Source: an uncultured Clostridia bacterium
GTDB lineage: Bacteria; Bacillota; Clostridia; Oscillospirales; QAMX01
Assembly (NCBI GenBank): GCA_944376195.1
Contig: CALWBW010000001.1
Coordinates: 17,043-81,042, forward strand
Direction: 5' to 3'
DNA: 64,000 nt
Position 1 is the stretch's first letter. Every line of letters starts with the position of its first letter. Below, piece after piece: positions 9,632 through 16,299 of the stretch. Both the position numbers and the translations under genes were made by a program. Below the pieces are notes generated by a model, which worked only from the letters and a program-made list of their open reading frames with translations, was not told the DNA's origin and ran no database searches.

Positions 9632-9717
9632 GCTTTTTTAGGGAATGTTTTGCTGTCACGCCAAGCAAAGTGATAAAAATCAACGGATTGCACGATGGTA
9701 CAATCCGTTGATTTTTT
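9632..9717 (+). ncRNA. Candidate small RNA of about 85 nt, bounded by the orphan promoter and a terminator
   Basis: The predicted start is about 7 nt after the -10. There is an internal hairpin TTGCT...AGCAA, and the unit ends in the 12-bp terminator stem plus T6. This is a prediction only. Confidence 0.3.
9679..9717. terminator. Bidirectional rho-independent terminator (ends the sigma/anti-sigma operon on the minus strand)
   Basis: ATCAACGGATTG / CAATCCGTTGAT perfect 12-bp stem with a 10-nt loop, T6 on the + strand and an A-run giving T5 on the minus strand. Confidence 0.75.
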
Positions 9718-9761
9718 ATGGCTCTCTAATGACTTGGTAAAACCGAAATGTTATACTACAC

Positions 9762-10520
9762 TTATTCGTGATTACTTCCGTTTCCATGATGTCCATTTTG
9801 TCCATGTGCAGAGTTTTGTCCGTTTGAAGAATTCTGCGTATGGGAATTTTCTTCTTTTTCAATTCCAGACAGGCTTTCAATCAGATCCCGAATTTCCTGC
9901 ATACTCATATTTTCTACAGCTTCCGGCGTAATAGAAGGATCCAACTCTTGCAAGGCCAAGAAAGCTCTATATTTTCCATGAGATAATCCCAATTCCTCTG
10001 CCGCGTCTTTTTCGGCAGCACCGACGGAATAACAATGGGCGTTCTCGTGCTCGGACGTACAGGATTCCACCTCAGAGAGGAGTCTGTCGCACTGCTGTTT
10101 GTTTTCTCCAACAACTCCAATTGAAAAAGCCTCTCCCTGGGACAAATAACGGTCGGCATTTTCAAGAATTCGCGTTACCGCTTCGTCGCAGGTTAAAAAG
10201 CGTACATCTTGAAGCGCGAGAAGTGCTTCCCCCGCTTCATTATAGGCAGATGTGGAAATTACTCGATCGAATCGGTTAATAGATAATTCTAAAGAAGGAT
10301 TTATATCAATACAAATGGCGGCAGTGGGCGTAAAGTAAATTTGATAGCCGCCAAATCCCAGAATCACGAATAAAATACAGGCAAAAACAGGGACGAGACG
10401 TCGAGAACGCCGGGGGCGAGACCGCTTTTGTATGACTTCAGCGAGGACCGCTTTCGTGTGAGTTTTCAGCGCTTCTTCTGCATGAATAGGTTCAAACGCT
10501 TCTTTGATCCGATTACTCAC
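9762..10520 (-). CDS. Single-pass anti-sigma factor with an extracytoplasmic domain and a His/Asn/Gly-rich C-terminal tail
   Basis: It overlaps the sigma gene by 4 nt. It has a short N-terminal cytoplasmic segment, a basic stretch RSRPRRSRR, the TM span LVPVFACILFVILGFGGYQIYF and the motif IDINPSLELSINRFDRVI. The tail is HTQNSSNGQNSAHGQNGHHGNGSNHE. Confidence 0.7.
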   Translation of the reverse strand: MSNRIKEAFEPIHAEEALKTHTKAVLAEVIQKRSRPRRSRRLVPVFACILFVILGFGGYQIYFTPTAAICIDINPSLELSINRFDRVISTSAYNEAGEALLALQDVRFLTCDEAVTRILENADRYLSQGEAFSIGVVGENKQQCDRLLSEVESCTSEHENAHCYSVGAAEKDAAEELGLSHGKYRAFLALQELDPSITPEAVENMSMQEIRDLIESLSGIEKEENSHTQNSSNGQNSAHGQNGHHGNGSNHE

Positions 10521-10996
10521 AGATCCTCACCCCCCAATTTTTCTTTTAGTAGTTGCTTTGCGCGTGAAAGAAGCGTATAGACTGTATTGACATTTTTACC
10601 GAGAATTTGACTGATTTGAGGTGCTGTATATTCCTCATAGTAGTATAAGTATACTACATCTTTGTATTTGGGGGGGAGCGATAACACAGCGTCCAGGACT
10701 TCTCGATTTTCAGGAAAGCTCTGGTCCGGCTGCTCGGCAATTGTTTCAAATGACACTGTATGGCTACGGAAAAAACTTTTGAGCAGATCTTTGCAGGCGT
10801 TTATCGTCACACGAATGATCCAGGCTTTTTCGTGTTCGGCGCTTTCAAAAGGAACGGAACGAAGGACATATTTCAAAAAAACAGTTTGAAATATGTCCTC
10901 GGTATCAGAAAGATTTTTTAAATGTACCATGCAAATACGGCGAACGGTGTCCGCATATCGCTCGATTGCCTGATTAACCTCTTCTTCGTTCCGCAT
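10517..10996 (-). CDS. ECF-type sigma-70 family RNA polymerase sigma factor
   Basis: 159 aa with region 2 (DIFQTVFLKYV...EKAWIIRVTINACKDLL) and region 4 (YKDVVYLYYYEEYTAPQISQILGKNVNTVYTLLSRAKQLLKE). Confidence 0.85.
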   Translation of the reverse strand: MRNEEEVNQAIERYADTVRRICMVHLKNLSDTEDIFQTVFLKYVLRSVPFESAEHEKAWIIRVTINACKDLLKSFFRSHTVSFETIAEQPDQSFPENREVLDAVLSLPPKYKDVVYLYYYEEYTAPQISQILGKNVNTVYTLLSRAKQLLKEKLGGEDL

Positions 10997-11010
10997 AATA
11001 GCTCCATCCG

Positions 11011-11289
11011 TTAATTGTGATGTCCGTGTCCAGAACTATGACCTTTTCCCTGTCCGTGGCCGCTTCCATGATGTAACTGTACACGGGAAGCATCGCAGAC
11101 GCCGTCACCGTCCTGATCAAAGTAGGCGTGGCAGTAAGAAGCGTCGCAGACGCTGTCGCCATTCTGATCAAAGTAGACATAACAATGCGTGGTATCGCAG
11201 GCGCGGCCCCTGGAGCCGGCTGCCAATACACTTGCTGCACCAACCGTTAAAAGAACAGCGGTGATCAGAAATACAATTAGTTTTTTCAT
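11011..11289 (-). CDS. Small secreted protein with two tandem Cys/Asp repeats and a His-Gly-rich tail
   Basis: RBS GGAGGAAC lies upstream. The signal peptide is MKKLIVFLITAVLLTVGAASVLAA. The 17-aa repeats are HCYVYFDQNGDSVCDAS / YCHAYFDQDGDGVCDAS, and the tail is HHGSGHGQGKGHSSGHGHHN. It is the first gene of the sigma operon. Confidence 0.7.
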   Translation of the reverse strand: MKKLIVFLITAVLLTVGAASVLAAGSRGRACDTTHCYVYFDQNGDSVCDASYCHAYFDQDGDGVCDASRVQLHHGSGHGQGKGHSSGHGHHN

Positions 11290-11337
11290 TTTCAGTTCCT
11301 CCTAGTTTGTTGATTCCTCATTTCTGATTTCACTAGG

Positions 11338-11366
11338 AATACGACTGAGAAAGAAGAATCCATTCA
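11338..11366 (-). promoter_or_regulatory. Candidate ECF-type promoter upstream of the small protein / sigma / anti-sigma operon
   Basis: On the minus strand: TGAATG (11366-11361), 17 nt, CGTATT (11343-11338). This loosely resembles Bacillus ECF promoters (TGAAAC-N16-CGTATA), and the match is imperfect. Confidence 0.25.
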
Positions 11367-11570
11367 TCATTGAAAAATAATTTTCATGAAAAGCATTTGA
11401 AAACGCATTGTGTTTTTACGAATGCTTTCACTCATTGTAGCATGTTTTGTGCAAAATTAGAAGGGAAATTTGATTTGGACGTTAAAATGTCGCATGTTTT
11501 GGTGGAAATCTGTCTGTAGTTGTGATAAAATACGGAAAGCTTATTCTGTGGGGAAGAGGAGGTATGATCG

Positions 11571-12137
11571 ATGTGTCCGCTCAAAGTTCAAATGGTGTCC
11601 CCGTCTGACGCTGAAGAGCTACTCGAGATTTATCGTCCTTATGTTGCAAAGACTGCAATTTCTTTTGAATATACGGTTCCATCTGTTTCGGAATTTCAAG
11701 GCCGTATTTGCCATACACTTGAACGATTTCCTTATTTAAAAGCAGTTGACGAAGGAAAGATCCTGGGATATGCGTATGCTTCTCCGTTTAAGGAACGCGC
11801 GGCCTATAGTTGGGCCGTAGAAACTTCGATTTATGTGGCGCAAGAAAAACGAAGAGCGGGAGTTGGTACGGCGCTCTATCGTGTTTTGGAGGAAATCCTG
11901 GCGCGGCAGCATGTGACGAATGTAAATGCCTGTATCGTTTATCCGCACCCGGAGAGCATTGCGTTTCATGAACGGCATGGTTATCGCATGGTGGCGCATT
12001 TTACAAAGTGCGGCTACAAGCTGGGAGCTTGGCATGACATGGTCTGGATGGAAAAATTGCTTGCTCTACACCCGGAAAAACCACAGCCGGTTATCCCGAT
12101 AACCCAATTGGATGTGTCCAACCTGCTGGATGATTGA
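11571..12137 (+). CDS. GNAT N-acetyltransferase, phosphinothricin/methionine-sulfoximine acetyltransferase-like
   Basis: GGAGG lies 8 nt upstream. Motifs include IYRPYVAKTAISFEYTVPSVSEFQGRI, the acetyl-CoA motif RRAGVGTALY and FHERHGYRMVAHF. Confidence 0.7.
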   Translation: MCPLKVQMVSPSDAEELLEIYRPYVAKTAISFEYTVPSVSEFQGRICHTLERFPYLKAVDEGKILGYAYASPFKERAAYSWAVETSIYVAQEKRRAGVGTALYRVLEEILARQHVTNVNACIVYPHPESIAFHERHGYRMVAHFTKCGYKLGAWHDMVWMEKLLALHPEKPQPVIPITQLDVSNLLDD

Positions 12138-12146
12138 AAGGAGTAT

Positions 12147-12725
12147 ATGATGAAGAAAAATTTCTGGATGGGCGAACTTGTACGCTTGCGCGCGTTGGAG
12201 GAATCCGACGCGGAGAGCGAATATTACGCGATCACACCTGATTTTGACTCGGAAAGCGAACGAATGGGAGATTCCATCTCTTTTCCTGTCAGCCCGGAGC
12301 ACATGGCAGGCGTTATTGCGGAGATGTCGCAGCATGAACCGGAAGGGGACGAAATGTGGTTGGTGATTGAAAATATGGACGGCGAAGTGGTTGGCAACTT
12401 GAATACGCATTCCTGTAACCGGCGTATGGGACATTTTCGTTATGGCATTGACATCGGTTATCGGTGGCGGGGAATGGGTTATGGCCGCGACGCTGTACTT
12501 TTAATTCTGAAATATTTTTTTACGGAACTGCGTTATCGCAAATGCACCGTGGGTATATATGAATTCAACGAGGCGTCGATTGCGTTTCATGAGAGCCTGG
12601 GATTTCAATTGGAGGGCCGGCTGCGCGATATGGTATTTACCAACAACCGTTTCTACGATGAGTTCCACTATGGCATGACAAGCGATGAGTTTTGGGAACG
12701 TTACGGCGGGAGTATTTCATTTTGA
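12147..12725 (+). CDS. GNAT N-acetyltransferase, RimJ/RimL-like
   Basis: AAGGAG lies upstream. Motifs are LRALEESDAE, WRGMGYGRDAVLLILKYFF, NEASIAFHESLGFQLEGRLRD. Confidence 0.7.
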   Translation: MMKKNFWMGELVRLRALEESDAESEYYAITPDFDSESERMGDSISFPVSPEHMAGVIAEMSQHEPEGDEMWLVIENMDGEVVGNLNTHSCNRRMGHFRYGIDIGYRWRGMGYGRDAVLLILKYFFTELRYRKCTVGIYEFNEASIAFHESLGFQLEGRLRDMVFTNNRFYDEFHYGMTSDEFWERYGGSISF

Positions 12726-12744
12726 TAACAATTTGAATTTTTTC

Positions 12745-12773
12745 TTGCATTTCATGTTCCATAGAGATATAAT
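12745..12773 (+). promoter_or_regulatory. Near-consensus promoter driving the methyltransferase leader
   Basis: TTGCAT (12745-12750), 17 nt of spacer, TATAAT (12768-12773). Confidence 0.6.
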
Positions 12774-12799
12774 TCCCTTACTCTATGAAGGAGGTATCC

Positions 12800-12832
12800 A
12801 TGCATGGTGCGGCGCAGCGAGTTTTCTTGTGA
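12800..12832 (+). CDS. Candidate 10-codon leader peptide (MHGAAQRVFL)
   Basis: ATG at 12800 lies 7 nt after a strong GAAGGAGG. It runs 10 sense codons to a TGA, about 85 nt upstream of a terminator-like hairpin. It is too short to test by homology. Confidence 0.3.
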   Translation: MHGAAQRVFL

Positions 12833-12916
12833 CATGATGTGGTTCGGTATTGCGTTTTTTGCAATGATCGAGCCTGTTTTGTCGTGCTGACGCCATTCCT
12901 TTACGAGGATCACACG

Positions 12917-12955
12917 CGGTGCAGGCCGGAATTTATTTCCCCTGCACCGTTTTTA
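12917..12955 (+). promoter_or_regulatory. Terminator-like hairpin inside the 5' leader (candidate attenuator)
   Basis: CGGTGCAGG (12917-12925) / CCTGCACCG (12941-12949), a 9-bp stem with a 15-nt loop, followed by TTTTTATAT. It lies between the promoter and the methyltransferase start. Confidence 0.45.
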
Positions 12956-13065
12956 TATCCGACTTTCGGTGCCGGGGAATGGGTCGGACCTGCCGGATGA
13001 CAAACCGGATGCGTGTTCCCCTGGCCAGGGAACCGCTCCCGGATGGAAATTTGGGAGGAAATGTT

Positions 13066-13866
13066 ATGGAGAACAACGAAGCCGTTCGAAACCATTACGA
13101 TGAAAACCCGGCATATGAATGGGAACGCATGTCGCGCCATCCGTTTGAATTTGAGCTGAATTTGCGTTTTTTAAAACGGTACATCCAGCCGGGAGACCGT
13201 GTTTTGGATGTGGGCGGAGGCCCAGGCCGCTACAGCTTTGCCTTGCAGGAGATGGGCTGTGACGTTACGCTGGTAGATCTATCGCCGGGGAACATTGATT
13301 TTGCCAGAGAAAAAGCGCGGGAATTCGGAGTTCCCCTGCGTGCGTTTGTCGCGGATGCACGGGATCTGGCTGTACTTGCAGATGAACAATTTGACCATGT
13401 GCTATGTATGGGGCCGCTTTATCATCTGCTTTCAGAATCTGACCGGGAGCGGGCGGTATGGGAGTGCCTTTCGCATTTGCGAGCGGGCGGCATGTTTGCC
13501 GCAGCCTATATTGCAATGGTGAGCGGCATCATTTATATGGGACGCAAAGCCCCCGAACTCTTGACGAAACCGGAGGAACTGGCACCACTGGAGGCGTTTC
13601 TTTGCCAAAAGAGTTGGAGCGGGCGGAGCTTTACGCAGGCGCATTTTACCGACGCCGAGGAAGTGCTTCCATTTATGGAACGGTTTCCGCTTGAAAAACG
13701 ACATTTTTTGGCAAGCGAGCCGATTGTCTGTGCATTTGAGGATCGGATTTTGTCCTGTGGCCCCGAAGTAACAGCTGCGTGGCTGGATCTTGCGGAGAAA
13801 GTGTGCGAACAGGAGCGTTTCTTCCATTTTACGGAGCATTTTTTGTATCTCGGACGGCGCGTATAA
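13066..13866 (+). CDS. Class I SAM-dependent methyltransferase
   Basis: ATG at 13066 lies 7 nt after GGGAGG; the track start at 12919 falls inside the leader hairpin and was rejected. The SAM motif is VLDVGGGPGRYSFALQEMGCDVTLVDLS. Confidence 0.8.
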   Translation: MENNEAVRNHYDENPAYEWERMSRHPFEFELNLRFLKRYIQPGDRVLDVGGGPGRYSFALQEMGCDVTLVDLSPGNIDFAREKAREFGVPLRAFVADARDLAVLADEQFDHVLCMGPLYHLLSESDRERAVWECLSHLRAGGMFAAAYIAMVSGIIYMGRKAPELLTKPEELAPLEAFLCQKSWSGRSFTQAHFTDAEEVLPFMERFPLEKRHFLASEPIVCAFEDRILSCGPEVTAAWLDLAEKVCEQERFFHFTEHFLYLGRRV

Positions 13867-13894
13867 ATTTCGTGTTTTAGGGAATGCTGTCTTC

Positions 13895-14896
13895 ATGAAA
13901 AAGATTGCATTTTATGACGCGAAACCCTATGATAAAATCTGGTTTGAACGCCTCAATCCGGGCTATACGCTCAAATGGTTTGAAACAAAGCTCGATCAGG
14001 AAACGGCGCCGCTTGCAGATACCTGTGACGTAGTTTGCGCTTTTGTCCATGATACGCTTGACCGCGAGACATTGTCCACGCTGAAACGGTTTGGTGTACG
14101 TGCCGTTGCCCTGCGATGCGCGGGATACAATCATGTGGATATACAAGCCGCGGAAAAATTGGGCATTACAGTGTTGCGTGTACCTTCGTATTCCCCACAC
14201 GCTGTTGCGGAACACGCTTGTGCGCTGCTTCTCACGCTCTGCCGGCGGATCCATCGTGCTTATGAGCGCACGCGTGAATTCAACTTTAGTTTAAACGGTC
14301 TGATGGGCGTTGACCTGTATGGCCGTACGGCGGGTATCGTCGGTATGGGACGGATTGGAAGGGTATTTGCAGAGATTTGCCATGGATTTGGCATGCATGT
14401 GATTGCCTATGATGCCTGTCCGACTCCTGCGGAAGGCGTGGAGTTTGTCTCACTTTCCACGCTTTTGCGTACGGCGGATGTGATTTCCCTGCACTGTCCG
14501 CTGACATCTGAGACCCGAAACATGTTGGATGCGGCTGCCTTTTCTTTGATGAAGGGCGGCGTATATGTGGTGAATACCTCACGCGGAGAACTAATCGACA
14601 GTGAGGCGCTGCTGGATGCTCTGCGCACCGGACGTGTACGCGGTGCGGGCCTTGATGTCTACGAGGAAGAAGAAGATGTATTTTATGAAGACAGGAGCAA
14701 CGAGACGGACCGCGATACGGTTTTGGCGCTCCTTACGACACATCCCAATGTGATCGTCACTTCACACCAGGGATTTTTGACGGAAGAAGCACTTTGCAAC
14801 ATTGCGCGCGTGACGTATGAAAATCTGGCTGATTTTTTCGCAGGTCATCCCTGCCAAAATGCCTTGACGGGTGGGAAACAGCCTGCGGGCGTGTGA
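13895..14896 (+). CDS. ldhA: D-lactate dehydrogenase / D-isomer-specific 2-hydroxyacid dehydrogenase
   Basis: MKKIAFYDAKPYDK...; NAD motif GIVGMGRIGRVFA. The catalytic-region motifs are SRGELID and TSHQGFLTEEAL. The track N-terminal extension (13790) was rejected. Confidence 0.8.
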   Translation: MKKIAFYDAKPYDKIWFERLNPGYTLKWFETKLDQETAPLADTCDVVCAFVHDTLDRETLSTLKRFGVRAVALRCAGYNHVDIQAAEKLGITVLRVPSYSPHAVAEHACALLLTLCRRIHRAYERTREFNFSLNGLMGVDLYGRTAGIVGMGRIGRVFAEICHGFGMHVIAYDACPTPAEGVEFVSLSTLLRTADVISLHCPLTSETRNMLDAAAFSLMKGGVYVVNTSRGELIDSEALLDALRTGRVRGAGLDVYEEEEDVFYEDRSNETDRDTVLALLTTHPNVIVTSHQGFLTEEALCNIARVTYENLADFFAGHPCQNALTGGKQPAGV

Positions 14897-14935
14897 AGCG
14901 TGTTTTAGTTGTAAGCGGACGAGAACGATCTTATG

Positions 14936-14976
14936 AAAAAGCCCGGCACATGGAATTTCCATGTGCCGGGCTTTCA
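14936..14976. terminator. Bidirectional terminator between convergent ldhA and the VOC gene
   Basis: GCCCGGCACATGGAA / TTCCATGTGCCGGGC, a 15-bp near-perfect palindrome flanked by A5 and TTTC. Confidence 0.75.
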
Positions 14977-15008
14977 AAACTTTATGCACAGAACAAATTT
15001 TCGTATGT

Positions 15009-15398
15009 TCACTGAAGCTGCGGTGCGTTTTCCGCATATTGCATCAATTCAATTTTATTTCCATCGGGATCGACCGTCCAGCACTGCCAGTTTCCGTCTA
15101 CGCCAATTTTTGGTGCGGTAGTCAATTCCGCGCCTGCCTCGACAATCCGTTTGGCAATTTCCTGTACGTCGTCTACCTGAAAACACATATGGTTAAAAGA
15201 CCCGGCGTTTGGCTGATTGTTGTTGTAAAACAACTCGATAAACTTGCCGGGGGCGACCTTTACATATTCAATCCAGGGATTTCCCTTCTCATCTGCAAGC
15301 GAAAATGCTTTGGAAAAGCCAAACACTTTTGTGTAAAAGGCGATGGATTTTTCCATATCCCGGACATTCAGCGCAATGTGAGCAAACCCTGATACCAT
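15009..15398 (-). CDS. VOC-family protein (glyoxalase I / lactoylglutathione lyase-like)
   Basis: 129 aa. Motifs are FAHIALNVRDMEKSIAFYTKVFGF, HMCFQVDD and DPDGNKIELMQ. Confidence 0.7.
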   Translation of the reverse strand: MVSGFAHIALNVRDMEKSIAFYTKVFGFSKAFSLADEKGNPWIEYVKVAPGKFIELFYNNNQPNAGSFNHMCFQVDDVQEIAKRIVEAGAELTTAPKIGVDGNWQCWTVDPDGNKIELMQYAENAPQLQ

Positions 15399-15440
15399 AG
15401 AAAAGCCATCCTTTCTCCCAGATAAAAATTTAAAAATATC

Positions 15441-16199
15441 TTACAGCGTTTCGCTTTCTCCAACTTTTAAAATATGGACGTCCACCCCGGCGTCAGCGGC
15501 TGAGTCCCGAATCCAAGATTCCCGACATCCGTTGTATGGATAGTAGACGTCGTGATGAGTCGGAATGTAATACTTGACGCCGACTGCTTTTGCAAGCTTT
15601 GCAGCTTCGATGCAACTGATGTTGCCAATGCAGTGCGACGCAGTGCGGTAATAATCTGCACCATTGACAGGGAGAAGCATAACGTCCGGCGCCATCTGCG
15701 TCAATTTTTCTGTTAAACCGTCGTAAAGTGTCATATCGCCGCCAAAAAAGACCTTTTGCGTTCCGCAGGTGAGCAAATACGAAAGCTCCAGGAAGTGCTC
15801 GTCGTCATCCTGATGCAGCTTCTGGTGTGCGCAGGCAACCGGTGTAACGGAGAGATCCCCCACCGTAAACGTGCGATCCGCATTGGCCGGATGTGCTTGA
15901 AGACCAAATTTGGCCGCGAGCGGGACGACAGGTTCCGGAACATACAGTGCCGCCGTGCCGCCCGCCTCATAATAAGGCTTCAAGGTTTCCCGGTCAAAAT
16001 GATCGCCGTGGGCGTGGGAAATTAAAATGATATCCGGTTTGAGTTCCTGTAAAGTGGTAGGAGCGGGGAAAGCTCTATGCCAAGGGGACCCCTCCGGTTG
16101 ATTGCGGTCAATGGAATCCGTCAGATAGGGGTCGGTGACAATCCGTACACCGCCGGCCTCGATTAGAAATGTACATTGACCAAAAAAAGTAATTTTCAT
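15441..16199 (-). CDS. MBL-fold metallo-hydrolase
   Basis: 252 aa. MKITFFGQCTFLIE..., metal motif ISHAHGDHFD, later HHD. Confidence 0.7.
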   Translation of the reverse strand: MKITFFGQCTFLIEAGGVRIVTDPYLTDSIDRNQPEGSPWHRAFPAPTTLQELKPDIILISHAHGDHFDRETLKPYYEAGGTAALYVPEPVVPLAAKFGLQAHPANADRTFTVGDLSVTPVACAHQKLHQDDDEHFLELSYLLTCGTQKVFFGGDMTLYDGLTEKLTQMAPDVMLLPVNGADYYRTASHCIGNISCIEAAKLAKAVGVKYYIPTHHDVYYPYNGCRESWIRDSAADAGVDVHILKVGESETL

Positions 16200-16299
16200 G
16201 TCTCGTCTCCTTTCGTATCTTTTCTATCTGTTACCGGACGTTTTGTGCGTGACTATCCGGCATAAGATCGAACCTAAAAACCTCCGTTTTGGAAAGCTT

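Noticed and set aside
9646-9741. 31-codon ORF (MFCCHAKQSDKNQRIARWYNPLIFYGSLMTW) within the candidate sRNA
   Set aside because: The AGGGA lies directly against the ATG, so the spacing is wrong. The frame also reads through the terminator hairpin. I favour a non-coding interpretation.
9695-9931. 78-aa + strand ORF starting in the terminator loop
   Set aside because: It starts inside the bidirectional terminator and runs antisense through the anti-sigma gene's 3' end. It has no RBS.
11470-11739. 89-aa + strand ORF preceded by an AGAAGGGA-like sequence
   Set aside because: It overlaps the well-supported GNAT gene in another frame, and its sequence is Cys/Arg/Phe-rich nonsense.
12919-13065. N-terminal 49-aa extension of the methyltransferase ORF (track start 12919)
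   Set aside because: The extension begins inside the leader hairpin, has no RBS and looks non-protein-like. The internal ATG at 13066 has GGGAGG at 7 nt and begins the conserved methyltransferase sequence. The same logic trimmed these track starts: 3880, 13790, 17205, 19110, 21790, 31487, 34903, 38195, 44349, 45718, 48117, 48902, 50889, 51922, 56742 and 58113.
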